Program-made: the position numbers and the translations under genes
In this document: positions 28,289 to 38,663 of the stretch, one piece after another
How the letters are laid out: each line of letters starts with the position of its first letter
Numbering within the stretch: position 1 is the first letter of the stretch
Notes under the pieces: model-generated
What the model saw: only the letters and a program-made list of their open reading frames with translations
What the model was told of the DNA's origin: nothing
The model's database searches: none
Source of the DNA: an uncultured Thermodesulfobacteriota bacterium
GTDB lineage: Bacteria; Desulfobacterota; Desulfarculia; G963662305
Reading direction: 5' to 3'
Assembly: GCA_964634465.1 (NCBI GenBank)
Contig: CAZWLY010000019.1
Location: 71 to 64,070 of the forward strand
DNA length: 64,000 bases

Positions 28289-29716
28289 TCAACCCCGCCG
28301 GATCACCTTCTCAAGATTAATCATTTCTTGCCTGAAATCAAAGTTTTTATCTATTCGGCCCTGAATCTTCTTGACCGCGTGGACCACCGTCGAGTGATCC
28401 TTGCCGCCGAATTTCTGACCGATTTTGACCAGCGGCAGATTGGTCAGTTTCCGCGCCAGGAACATGGCGATCTGTCTGGGCTCGGCGATCTTCTTTTCTT
28501 TCTTGCCGCTCTTTAGATCGGCCAGGCTGACGTTGAACCGTTCGCCCACCCGACGCATGATGTCATCCACGGTGATCTCGCGGGTCATCAGCGAGTCGTG
28601 AAGGACCTGTTTGGTCAGCTCCATCGAAATCGGTTGCCCGGTGATTGACGAATAGGCGGCTAAACGGACCAGGTATCCCTCCAGCACCCGGACATTTGAC
28701 TCGTCATTGGAGGCCAATAGATAGGCCACGTCTTCGGGGATGGCGATTCCTTCGTCCTCGGCCTTTTTTTGAATGATGGCCACCTTCGTCTCTCGATCGG
28801 GTACCTGGATGTCGGCGATCAACCCCCACTCGAAGCGGGAGCGGAGCCGTTCTTCCAATCCGGGGATGTCCTTTGGACGCTGGTCGGAGGTGAGCACGAT
28901 CTGCTTACTGGTGTCGTAGAGGGCGTTGAAGGTGAAAAAGAACTCCTCCTGGGTTCGCTCCTTGGAGCCCAGAAAATGGATGTCGTCGATCAAAAGGACG
29001 TCTACGCTTCGGTAGCGGGCCCGGAAGGCGTCCATGGTCTTGTTGCGGATGGCCTGGATCATCTGGTTGGTGAAGTCCTCCGAGGAGACGTAGACTACCA
29101 CCGCCCGGCCGTTCTTGTTTTTGATGTGGTTGCCGACAGCGTTCATCAGGTGGGTCTTGCCCAGGCCGGCCCCGCCGTAGATGAAAAGTGGATTGTAGGT
29201 TTGACCGGGTAGATTGGCCACCGCCTGGGCGGCGGCGTAGGCGAACTGATTCGAACTGCCGACCACGAAGCGCTCGAAGGTGTATCGCGCGCCCAGACCG
29301 TCGGACAGGGGTTCCTTGGCGGCGCCGGGGGTCGAATCGGGATCGGCCGGCGGTTCATCGAAAGAGGAGCCGATCGCCGATGAGGCGGCCTCGGTTTGGG
29401 CTCTCGCTTCCCGGGCGGCCAAGGCCGAGGCCAGCGAGTTCGGCCGGTTGGTCTGGTCATCGTCGGTGCAGACTCTGATTTCCACCTGGCGGCGCAAGGC
29501 GACGGACAGCGCCTCCCGGACGGCCTCGTGATAGCGCTCGTTCACCCAATCGACGTAGAATCGGTTGGGGGCGATGAGTCGGGCCGGGCCGCCGGTCAAT
29601 TCGCACTCCAGGCGCAGCGGCTTGAGCCACCGGCCGACCTCCTCCTTGGAGATCTTGCCGCCCAGCAGAGCCAAGGCCTGAGACCAAATTTCACGTGCGG
29701 ATTGATCTGTTAGCAT
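28289..29716 (-). CDS. dnaA: Chromosomal replication initiator DnaA
   Basis: YNPLFIYGGAGLGKTHL, LLIDDI, RLRSRFEWGL, FGGKDHSTVVHA. Confidence 0.98.
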   Translation of the reverse strand: MLTDQSAREIWSQALALLGGKISKEEVGRWLKPLRLECELTGGPARLIAPNRFYVDWVNERYHEAVREALSVALRRQVEIRVCTDDDQTNRPNSLASALAAREARAQTEAASSAIGSSFDEPPADPDSTPGAAKEPLSDGLGARYTFERFVVGSSNQFAYAAAQAVANLPGQTYNPLFIYGGAGLGKTHLMNAVGNHIKNKNGRAVVVYVSSEDFTNQMIQAIRNKTMDAFRARYRSVDVLLIDDIHFLGSKERTQEEFFFTFNALYDTSKQIVLTSDQRPKDIPGLEERLRSRFEWGLIADIQVPDRETKVAIIQKKAEDEGIAIPEDVAYLLASNDESNVRVLEGYLVRLAAYSSITGQPISMELTKQVLHDSLMTREITVDDIMRRVGERFNVSLADLKSGKKEKKIAEPRQIAMFLARKLTNLPLVKIGQKFGGKDHSTVVHAVKKIQGRIDKNFDFRQEMINLEKVIRRG

Positions 29717-29777
29717 AGACCGTTTTCTCGGGGCGATCGAGCCCGGCCATGGTGTATCGTGGAAGGCTTAGACGCTC

Positions 29778-29806
29778 ATCATAACCCGGCCGGAATTAGC
29801 GGTCAA
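29778..29806 (-). promoter_or_regulatory. dnaA promoter candidate
   Basis: TTGACC-17 nt-TATGAT on the minus strand. Confidence 0.55.
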
Positions 29807-29886
29807 TAGCTCCGCCCACTTGACAGGCCGCCGAATGGGCCCTAGTTAGGGTATGGTGGATTAAAACCGAGCCGAAAGGACGTGTA

Positions 29887-30651
29887 ATGTCGTTGACCAT
29901 CGCTTTGGCCGGCAAGGGCGGCGTGGGTAAGACCACCGTGGCCGGTTTGTTGATCAGATACCTGAAGGAAAGAGGCTTGACCCCGGTCTTGGCCGTGGAC
30001 GCCGACTCCAACGCCAATCTCAACGAGGTCTTGGGTCTCGAGGAACCGCCGACCATGGGCGACGCCCGGGAGGAGATGAAGTCGGTCGGAGCCCAGAACC
30101 CGAACATGACCAAGGACATGCTCATCGAGATGCGGGTCAATCAGGCCTTGGTCGAGGAAGAGGGCTACGACCTCCTGGTCATGGGTCGGCCCGAGGGGCC
30201 GGGCTGCTACTGCGCGGCCAACACCGTCTTGGCGGCCAGCCTGGAGAAACTGATCAACAACTATCCCTATCTGGTCATCGACAACGAGGCCGGCATGGAG
30301 CACATGAGCCGGTTGGTGGCCAAGGACGTCGATGATTTGATCATCGTCTCCGATCCGTCGCGTCGCTCGCTGGCCACTGCGGTTCGCATCCGCGACTTGG
30401 GCCGCTCCCTGCCGATGTCGATCGGCCGGGAGCACCTAATCGTCAACCAGGCGCCCGGCGGCGAACTCTCCGAGGAGGCCAGGAAGTTCATCGCCGAGGC
30501 TGGACTTGAGCTCTTGGGGGTCATTCCGGCCGACGATCACCTGGCCGAACTGGACGCGGCCGGAGAGCCGACCTCGATCAGACTGCCGGCCGACTCGCCG
30601 GTGATCAAGGCCGCCTTCGAGGCCTTCGATGGGTTAGGACTGGGAAGCTAG
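29887..30651 (+). CDS. cooC: CooC/AcsF nickel-insertion ATPase
   Basis: GKGGVGKT, AVDAD.N.NL, MGRPEGPGCYC, IDNEAGMEH.SR. Confidence 0.92.
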   Translation: MSLTIALAGKGGVGKTTVAGLLIRYLKERGLTPVLAVDADSNANLNEVLGLEEPPTMGDAREEMKSVGAQNPNMTKDMLIEMRVNQALVEEEGYDLLVMGRPEGPGCYCAANTVLAASLEKLINNYPYLVIDNEAGMEHMSRLVAKDVDDLIIVSDPSRRSLATAVRIRDLGRSLPMSIGREHLIVNQAPGGELSEEARKFIAEAGLELLGVIPADDHLAELDAAGEPTSIRLPADSPVIKAAFEAFDGLGLGS

Positions 30652-30837
30652 CCCAGATATCGTTCAGCTTTCGGTGCAATCGCCCCGGCGGTCGATCTCC
30701 CGTCCAGAAAAGATGAAGGGCGGCTTTAGCCGCCCGACATCAAATACTCTTCACCCCCCGCGTCCGCTCAGTAATATTGGCGCGGATGGATCGGGAAGCC
30801 TGGTTTCATCGGCGACGTCGCAACGACGCGCCGGGCG

Positions 30838-31149
30838 CTAGGATTTCTCGGCCAGAAATTTGGCCAGATGGCCGAAGACCTCGTAGGAGGTCGGCTCGAG
30901 CAACAGCTCTTCCAGTTCGTCGTCGATGGCCTTCCGTTGGGGGTCGTTCTTCCACCTCTCCCAATCCTCTTGACTTTCCCAGGTGGCGATGACGACCAGC
31001 TTGTCTGGATCGTCCACGCCGTAAAGCGTTTCGCCGGTGATGTAGCCGGGCTGGTTGAGCGCCTTGCTGCGGATTCGCTTCAGCAGGTCGATGACCTTGA
31101 CGATGTTGCCCTTCTTGAACCTCCTGGTGATCAAGACCCGTATCGCCAT
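30838..31149 (-). CDS. Antibiotic biosynthesis monooxygenase (ABM)-domain protein
   Basis: QPGYITGETL..DDP..LVVIATWES.EDWERW. Confidence 0.85.
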   Translation of the reverse strand: MAIRVLITRRFKKGNIVKVIDLLKRIRSKALNQPGYITGETLYGVDDPDKLVVIATWESQEDWERWKNDPQRKAIDDELEELLLEPTSYEVFGHLAKFLAEKS

Positions 31150-31396
31150 CAGGACCTCCCTTGGCTGGGGGCGGTTGCCCAATGAACACTCCTCTCTTTT
31201 CTTTAATCATACACCAGGGAAAAAGATAATTGTAGATGGAGGTTGGTTAAGAGCAGGGAAGATTTAGAAAACCGTAAACCACGACAATTTGGGCCCCCGC
31301 GTGGTCTAAGCCGGAAAAGGGCTTCAAAGGAGATTTGGGTCGGTTCGCGCCGGAAGGTTTTAGCTTACCTGGATCGGGAGGGATATTAATAAGTTA

Positions 31397-32052
31397 TCAG
31401 TTGTCCGCGCTCAGATGGATAGATATTGGTCTTACTTCGTCTGAGTGAGCCATGAATTCCTGATTGGTTTTATTTTTTAATGTCGCGAAGACGACCTGAA
31501 CACCTTCTCGCCTAGCGAACTTCATGGCCGGGATAAAATCGGTATCAGCAGTAAACAAGATGATTCTGTCCACAATTTTGTTCGTCGCCAGCCAGCCAAT
31601 ATCCAACCCAATTTTGGTATCGACACCTTTTTGTTGGAATTTTGGTGACAAATCCCGAGCCGATATCTGATCCGGCTTGTTTTTTATTAATTTTTTCAAA
31701 GCTTTGTTACTAAGACCCCAACCTCTAAACCTTAATTGCCCTGCTCTAAAAGCGAAATGTTTCGCCGATTCTATTTCCTTAAAAAAACTCTCTAATCGGG
31801 ATCGTTCTGGAGATTGAGCGAAATCAATCTCATACTCATCTACCGGGTTCTTACAAACCCCAAGATAGGGCAAGCAGTCATAGTAAAATATTCTAAAAAG
31901 ATCTTCATCATCACTCACGCAGGCCCGCGCGAGATTCTCGACTTCAGACACGGAGGGAACATACGCCTTTGCCCCCTTCCAACTTTTTATTCTTCCCAGC
32001 TCATAGCGAACGTGCCCTCCATACTAACAAAACAGCAACCTTCTTATTTCAC
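31397..32052 (-). pseudogene. NYN (LabA/DUF88, PIN-like) nuclease with two apparent +1 insertions near the 5' end; low GC
   Basis: RIFYYD, QKGVDTKIGLDI, ADTDFIPA.K.ARREG. Removing one base near 32047 and one near 32023 restores MNKKVAVLLDGGHVRYEL from GTG 32052, which has a GGAG RBS. Confidence 0.8.
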
Positions 32053-32192
32053 CGTTGGTCTCCAGATATTACGGAAACGCCCCCTTCCCGAAATGCATGA
32101 GCATGGTGAGGGAAGGGGGCTTCATTCTTTTACCGGCCTTACCGGCGTAGCGGATTCTATAGAGAATGTAGCACATTCTGCCTCAATGTCAA
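32053..32192 (-). promoter_or_regulatory. Promoter and structured leader (about 105 nt) of the NYN gene
   Basis: TTGACA(32192-32187)-16-TACATT with extended TG; 11-bp stem GCCCCCTTCCC/GGGAAGGGGGC (32079-32089, 32110-32120). Confidence 0.55.
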
Positions 32193-32290
32193 CTAGGTAA
32201 TGTTTACATATTTTCAACAACATAAACGACGTCACCTCGAAAGATTTATTTTAGCAGGTGATTTAGTGGTTTCATGAGTCGTTATCCGCT

Positions 32291-33730
32291 TCAGGCCGCG
32301 CTTTTGGCCAGCCTGCGGATGGCCCGCCGGTCGGGATAAAGCATCGAAGTGATCCGCAAGCGGTGGACCCGGCCCTTCCCCGCGCCGCCCCCTTCGTAGC
32401 CGACCGCCTTGGCGTAGATGTCGCCGAAGACGTGCTCGGAGAGACAGCCGGTCAGATCGAGTTTGACGTCGGTGTAGAGTTCGAGGGCCGGGTCGATGAT
32501 CGCCCGCAACTCGATCTCGTTGATGGACAACGCCTCGGCCTCACCGGGCGGTTCGACGATCCGCTTGCCCCCCCCGCCACCAGCTACACGAGCCGGACAA
32601 CTCTATTTCGGCCGTCTCGGGGGTGGTCGGCTCCAGCTCGATATCGTAGGGCGGACCGACGGCGGTCACCGAGTGGATCAAGAGCGGTTGACTGAGGCCC
32701 TTCATCCAGGCGGTGTGGTGCTCGGTGGCGGTGACCATCTCCCTGACCAGCTCGAAGGTCGGTTGGCCCAGAAAGACCTGGCCGCCGGTGGCGTCGGCCT
32801 GGATTCGGGCGGCGGTGTTGACCGCCGAGCCGACGATGCCGTACTTCAACCTCTTGTCCGAGCCGATGTTGCCCAGGAGAACCTGGCCGGTGTTGAGGCC
32901 GATGCCCATCTCCAGCGTCGGCAGATCGTCGGCGAGAAGCTCCCGGTTCAAGCGGCGAAGCTCGTTTTGCATGGCGATGGCGCAGGCCACCGCCCGGACC
33001 GGGTCGTCCGGCCGGTGTTTCGGCATGCCGAAGACGACCATGAACTCATCGCCGATGAAGTCGTTGATGGTGCCGTCGTACTCCAGGATGACGTCGGACA
33101 TCCGGGACAGGTGGCGGTTGAGGAGCTCGAAGACGTCCTCCGGGGCCATGCCCTCGGACAGACCGGTGAAGCCTCTCAGGTCGGCCATCAACACCGTCAC
33201 CGTCTCCCGGCGGCCGCCGACCTTGGTCCCCTCGGGCGAGGTCAGGATCTGTTCGACCTCCTTGTCCGAGAGGTACGCCCGAAGGTTTCCCGGATGAACT
33301 CGACCAGCTTCAGCCGTTCCTCGCTGACCCGGAGAATGATTTCCAGCATCCGCCGCCGGGTGGCCGCGATCTCGACCATTTCCACCGGCGCGTCGGGCCC
33401 CAACTCCATCTCGAGCGCCTCGTCGCCCCCTTCCTCGAAAGCGCGGTTGGCCTCGGAGATGGCCTCCAAGGGGCCGATAACCTTGCGGTTCAGAAAGCCG
33501 CGCAGGGTGATGATCATGAAGGCGACGATGATGCCGATGAGGACGACGATCCGGCCGGCGTAGGCGGCCAGTTCGAGGAAGGTTCCGCCTTGGGAGTAGG
33601 CCCGCCAGCCCACCGACCAGACCAGGAGGACCGCCTCGATGATCAGGATTCGCCAAAAGACGCCGCGGAGTAAAATGGAGCGCACGCTTTTGGACGACCC
33701 GGTCGGGTTTGGAGTTGAAAGACGGTCCAT
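32291..33730 (-). pseudogene. Membrane HAMP-class III adenylate/guanylate cyclase split by two frameshifts
   Basis: TM+HAMP (33730 to about 33277), cyclase core VLMADLRGFT..FIGDEFM..KYGIVGSAVNTAARI, C-terminal domain. Shifts at about 33276 (FGR/YLSD) and near the C8 run at 32568-32575. Confidence 0.82.
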
Positions 33731-33993
33731 TCATCGAATCCAAAGTATGGAAAGCGGCGGCCTTGAGAATCCATAACCTGCATTGATAGATATAAAAATA
33801 GACGAGGCGGGGGGCGGTGTCAACGACGGCCCTCTTTTCCGGGAAGCGGCTGGGCCGCCTCTCGCCGGGCGGAATCGACGGCCGACCGGAAGCCGACAAG
33901 CCGGCTTTACTGAGCGGCCTTATTGGGGCATATTGACCGCAAGATGTTCAAGTATGGGGAGGGAATCGTTTCGGTCCCGAAAAGACGCGTCCG

Positions 33994-36900
33994 GTGAACG
34001 ATCGAGCCAAGACCAAAAAGCAACTGATCGAAGAGCTGACCCGGCTCCGGCGGGAGTTGGCCGAGTACCGCTCGTCCTCTCATGACCTGAAGTACCGGAC
34101 CATGTTGGAGAGTCTCGACGACGTCATCTACCGAACCGACATGGACGGTAACATCCTCTACATCTCGCCCGCCGTCGAAAAGCTGACCGGCTACACGCCC
34201 CAGGAGATCATCGGCAAGATCGGGGTCGAGGCGCTCTACGCCGGCCCGGAGGACCGGGAGAGGGTTCGCGGCGGAGTGGAGCGCTACGGGGTCGTCTCCA
34301 ACGTCCTGGCCCGGATTCGCCGCAAGGACGGAGAGACGGCCTGGGCCTCGATCAACGCCCGCCTGGTCTACGACGATGAGGGCCGGGCCGTGGGCATCGA
34401 GGGCTCGGCCAGGAACGTGACCGCCCTCAAGCGGGTCGAGGACGATCTGAAGCAAAGGATCGCCATGGCCCGGCTGGTGGTCTCCGTTTCGGCCAACTTC
34501 ATCCACCTGCCTTCTTCCAGGATGGATGAGGGCGTGGCCGTGGCCCTGGCCGAGATGGGCCGGTTCGCCGATGCGGATCGCTGCTACGTCTTCCTTTTCG
34601 ACGAGAGGGAGGGGACCGTCTCCAACAGCCACGAGTGGTGCGCCGAGGGCGTCGAGCCCCAGCGGGACAACCTTCAAGACCTGCCGGTGGCGGTGTTCCC
34701 TTGGTTCTGGAAGGCCGTCAGCCGGCTGGAGGTGGTCCACATCCCCCGGGTGGCCGACCTCCCTCCGGAGGCCGCCGCCGAGCGGGAGATACTCCAGGCC
34801 CAGGACATCGTCTCGCTTCTGGCCGTTCCCCTGGTCTCCGAGGGAGAGGCCGTCGGCTTCGTCGGTTTCGACGCGGTCAGGGGGGAAAAGGATTGGTCGC
34901 CGGCCGAGATCGAGGTCCTGAGACTGGTCAGCGAGATATTGGCCGGGGCCATCCAACGCAAGCGGGCCGAGGAGGCGCTTCGCGAGAGCGAAGAGCGCTT
35001 CGCCGCCTTCATGAAGCACCTGCCGGCCCACGCCTTCATGAAAGACATGGATGGTCGCTATCTCTATTTCAATGAAACCTACGAACGGGAGTTCGGCTAC
35101 GAGCTGGCTGGTTTTCTGGGCCGGCCGGACGAGGATATCTGGCCCGACCGGGCGGCCGGCTTCAGGGTGTTGGACCGAGTGGTCATGACCACTCGCCGGC
35201 CGGCCGAAGGAATCGAGCAGGTCCCGGGACCCGACGGCGTGCAGCACTACCTGACCAGCAAGTTTCCCATCTTCCGGGAAGGCGAAATGGTCGCCCTGGG
35301 CGGCATCGCCCTGGACGTAACCGAACAGATCAAGACCGAGGAGGCGCTTCGGGAGAGCGAGGAGCGATTCGCCGCCTTCATGAAGCACCTGCCGGCCCTG
35401 GCCTTCATCAAGGGGTTGGACCGGCGCTACACCTACTGCAACGCCGCCTTCGAGGACATATTGGGGATCAGGGGCAGCGATCGCCTCGGTAAGCGGGTCG
35501 AGGACATCTGGCCCGAACGGGCCGAACTGGTCAACGAGTTCGACGATTTGGTCCTCGAAAGCGGCCGGCCCATGAGCCGGGTCGAGGAGGTGCCTTGCAC
35601 CGACGGCGTGTTGCGCTACTTCCTGGTCCACAAGTTCCCCATCTATACCGACGGACAGATCACCGCCCTGGGTTGCATCTGCCTGGACGTCTCGCCCCTG
35701 AAGTGGGCCGAGGAAAAGCTGCGCCAGGCCCACAGCGAGCTGGAGCGGCGGGTCGAGGAGCGGACCGCCGAGCTTAAGCGGGCCTACGACGACTTGAAAC
35801 GCCAGATCGAGCAGCGCCGCCGGGCCGAGGAGGCCAGGGCCGAGAGCGAGGCCCATTTCCGGGCCCTGGCCGAGAGCGCCTCGGGATTCGCCGTCTTCCG
35901 TTTGGCCATCACCACCGAAACGCCCCTGCAGGCCAAAGTGATCGTGGTCAGCCCGTCTTTCAAAGACATCGTCGGCGCGCCCGACCCCTTGCGCTTCGAG
36001 ACCTGGCTGTCCCACCTCCATCCCGACGACCGGCCCGTTCTCCGGCGGGCCAACTATCGGCTCATCAAGTCCGGCCGAATGAACGAGTCTTTCCGGGTGC
36101 GCCATCCGGAAAAGGGGGAGTGGCGCTGGATTCAGACCATCGCCACCACCAGTTGGGACGAGAGCGGCCGCCCGGCCTTCGCCAACGGCATCATCATCGA
36201 CGTCACCGAACGCAAGCTTTTGGAAGCTCAGTTGGCCCAGGCCCAAAAACTGGAATCCATCGGCCGCTTGGCCTCCGGCATCGCCCACGAGATCAACACC
36301 CCGACCCAATACCTCGGCTCCAACGCCTATTTTCTGTGGAACGCCTTCACCCGCCTGCTCCTGGTCTTGGACCGGCAAAACGAGTTGGTCGAGGCCCTGG
36401 CCGCCGGTGCGGACGTCGATGAGGTCGTCCGGGAGCTGAGCCGGGTGGCGGCCGAGGCCAACCTGGAGTTCCTCCATCGCGAGGTTCCCAAGGCCATCCA
36501 GGCCTTGATCGACGGCGTGGAGCGGATAACCAAGATCGTGCGCTCCATGAAGAGCCTGGCCCACCCCGGCGCCGACCAGAAATCGGCGGCCGACATCAAC
36601 GAGATCATCGAAGCGGCCGTCACCGTGGCCGAGAATAGATGGAAGTATGTGGCCGAGCTCGAAACAGACCTCGACCCGGAGTTGCCGCCGGTCAACTGCC
36701 TGCCGGCCGAGATGGAGCAGGTGTTCCTGAACCTAATCGTCAACGCCGCCCAGGCCATCGAGGGGCAGCGGGGCAAGGACCCCCAGGACAAGGGGCGGAT
36801 CATCGTCTCCAGCCGCCGGGACGGCGACAGCGTCGAGGTCCGGGTCTGCGACTCGGGGCCGGGCGTGCCGGACGAGCTGGCCCCCAACCTGTTCGATCCG

Positions 36901-37080
36901 TTCTTCACCACCAAGGAGGTCGGCCAGGGGACCGGGTTGGGGTTGGCCATTTCCCGCAGCGTGGTCGTCGATCGCCACGCCGGCGTCTTGGAGTTCGAGA
37001 ACCGGCCCGAGGGCGGAGCCTGCTTCATCGTCCGCCTGCCTCTCTCGGGCCCGACAATGGAAAACGAACGGGAGGGTTGA
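33994..37080 (+). CDS. Cytoplasmic PAS/GAF sensor histidine kinase
   Basis: PAS-GAF-PAS-PAS-PAS; GIAHEINTP H-box, NLIVNA, DSGPG, FFTTK..G.GTGLGL. Duplicated PAS units (63-nt near-identity, 34967-35029 vs 35336-35398). Confidence 0.93.
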   Translation: MNDRAKTKKQLIEELTRLRRELAEYRSSSHDLKYRTMLESLDDVIYRTDMDGNILYISPAVEKLTGYTPQEIIGKIGVEALYAGPEDRERVRGGVERYGVVSNVLARIRRKDGETAWASINARLVYDDEGRAVGIEGSARNVTALKRVEDDLKQRIAMARLVVSVSANFIHLPSSRMDEGVAVALAEMGRFADADRCYVFLFDEREGTVSNSHEWCAEGVEPQRDNLQDLPVAVFPWFWKAVSRLEVVHIPRVADLPPEAAAEREILQAQDIVSLLAVPLVSEGEAVGFVGFDAVRGEKDWSPAEIEVLRLVSEILAGAIQRKRAEEALRESEERFAAFMKHLPAHAFMKDMDGRYLYFNETYEREFGYELAGFLGRPDEDIWPDRAAGFRVLDRVVMTTRRPAEGIEQVPGPDGVQHYLTSKFPIFREGEMVALGGIALDVTEQIKTEEALRESEERFAAFMKHLPALAFIKGLDRRYTYCNAAFEDILGIRGSDRLGKRVEDIWPERAELVNEFDDLVLESGRPMSRVEEVPCTDGVLRYFLVHKFPIYTDGQITALGCICLDVSPLKWAEEKLRQAHSELERRVEERTAELKRAYDDLKRQIEQRRRAEEARAESEAHFRALAESASGFAVFRLAITTETPLQAKVIVVSPSFKDIVGAPDPLRFETWLSHLHPDDRPVLRRANYRLIKSGRMNESFRVRHPEKGEWRWIQTIATTSWDESGRPAFANGIIIDVTERKLLEAQLAQAQKLESIGRLASGIAHEINTPTQYLGSNAYFLWNAFTRLLLVLDRQNELVEALAAGADVDEVVRELSRVAAEANLEFLHREVPKAIQALIDGVERITKIVRSMKSLAHPGADQKSAADINEIIEAAVTVAENRWKYVAELETDLDPELPPVNCLPAEMEQVFLNLIVNAAQAIEGQRGKDPQDKGRIIVSSRRDGDSVEVRVCDSGPGVPDELAPNLFDPFFTTKEVGQGTGLGLAISRSVVVDRHAGVLEFENRPEGGACFIVRLPLSGPTMENEREG

Positions 37081-37086
37081 CACGCT

Positions 37087-37470
37087 GTGGGCGTCAAGGT
37101 GCTGTTCGTCGATGACGATGAGGAGATACTGGCTTCCTATCGCCGGGTCTTCATCGGCCGGTTCGAAGTGGCCACCGCCTTGAGCGGCCGGGAGGCGATG
37201 GCCGTGGCCGAAGCCCAGGGGCCGTTCGCCGCGGTGGTGGCCGATTACCTGATGCCGGGGATGGACGGGCTGACCCTTCTGGGGCGGATCAAGGAGATAT
37301 CGCCGGAGACGGTCCGGGTTTTGTTGACTGGCCACACCGAGGCCGAATCGGCCGCCCGAGCCGAACACGACGGGTTGGTGGACGTCTTTCTGGACAAGCC
37401 TTGCCTGCCCCATCTCTTGGCCGAGGTCCTGGAGGGAGCCGTCGGCGGCCTTGGCGGCCGGTTGGGCTAG
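37087..37470 (+). CDS. Single-domain response regulator
   Basis: LFVDDD, ADYLMPGMDG, LLTG, LDKP. Confidence 0.9.
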   Translation: MGVKVLFVDDDEEILASYRRVFIGRFEVATALSGREAMAVAEAQGPFAAVVADYLMPGMDGLTLLGRIKEISPETVRVLLTGHTEAESAARAEHDGLVDVFLDKPCLPHLLAEVLEGAVGGLGGRLG

Positions 37471-38324
37471 CCCGTTTCGCCTGGGTGTGGAATCGTCTTT
37501 TCCAGCAGCCGGCCCAGGGTTTTCAGGTGGTTCTTTTCCTGGGCGCAAAGCTCCCAGAATAGATCCTTGGTCGGCCCGGTCTCCTCTCGGTCGGCGTAAC
37601 GCCAATAGAGATCCAGGGCTTGGGCCTCGAACATCATCGCCGCCTGGATGACGTCGGCCGGGGTTTCCAGGTCGGGCCGGTAGAGGTCGATGAGCTCGGC
37701 GGCGGTCAGTCCGCCCTCCACGGCCGGGATGCGGCATTGATCGGCCAGCGTCCGGGGAGGCGGAAGCTCCTGGCCCATCTCCTTGAGGCGTCTATAGAGC
37801 CGGGCTTGGTGGCCGTCTTCCAGGGCGGCCAGGCGGGAGTAGGTCGCGGCCAGGGAAGCGCTTTCGGGCCGATCGGCCATCTCCCGATAGAACAGCCGCA
37901 GCCCCTCCTCCAGACAGTAGGCCAGGCCGATGACCTCGGCCGGGCTCTCGCCGCCGGTCAAGAAACCCAATCCGACTTCCGCCGGCCCCTTGACCCGCTC
38001 GCCGTTCCAGGCCCTGATTCCGCCCTTGGGGTTGTACACCCGGTCGAACCCCTGGCCGGTGAGCATCTGGGCAGCCGACCGGTTGCGAGAGCCGGCGGCT
38101 CAATAGGCCACCACCGGCTTGGCCGGGTCCAGTTCGCCCGACCGCCCGCTCAGCTCGGGCAGGGGGATCAGGGTCGAGCCGGGGATGCGCCCCTGTTCGT
38201 ACTCGCTCGGCTGGCGGACGTCCAACAGGGTGAACCGGCCCGGTTCGTGCTCGGCCAGGAAGACCCTCAGTCGGTCGGGGCTTAAGTCTTGGTATGACTT
38301 GCCGAACAGTTTCGCCAGATCCAC
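37467..38324 (-). CDS. Selenocysteine-containing rhodanese fused to a rubrerythrin/ferritin-like domain
   Basis: ORFs 38100-38324 and 37467-38066 are in frame across TGA 38102-38100, which sits at the rhodanese active-site Cys position (VVAY-U-AAGSR). SECIS-like GGUC loop 19 nt downstream. EE..F..E.GH / E..A..E.NH di-iron motifs. Confidence 0.85.
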
Positions 38325-38663
38325 GGCTCACCTCCCTCCGCCCGCCGGGCCCGGCCGGCTCATGATTCGATGGTACCGCATCGACTCGGGATGACAAGCC
38401 CGGCCGCGAGCGCTCACCGGAAGCAATAGGGCGGAACGATGGGGAGAACAGCCTGAAAAGACAAGATAATACGGGCCGACGGGCCGATGCCCCTTTCGGC
38501 GACGCCGGCTGCTCGGCCCCGGGACCGCCTGCCTGCCGTCCCGCCTAGATTATATCAGCCCGGACAAGGGCCGCCACTCGGGCGAACTGGCTCGTTTTTA
38601 TTCCTCGGCTCCCGAAATCCGCTCGGGCGGCCCGAAGCCGTTTTCCCGGCCCGGCCGCCTGGC

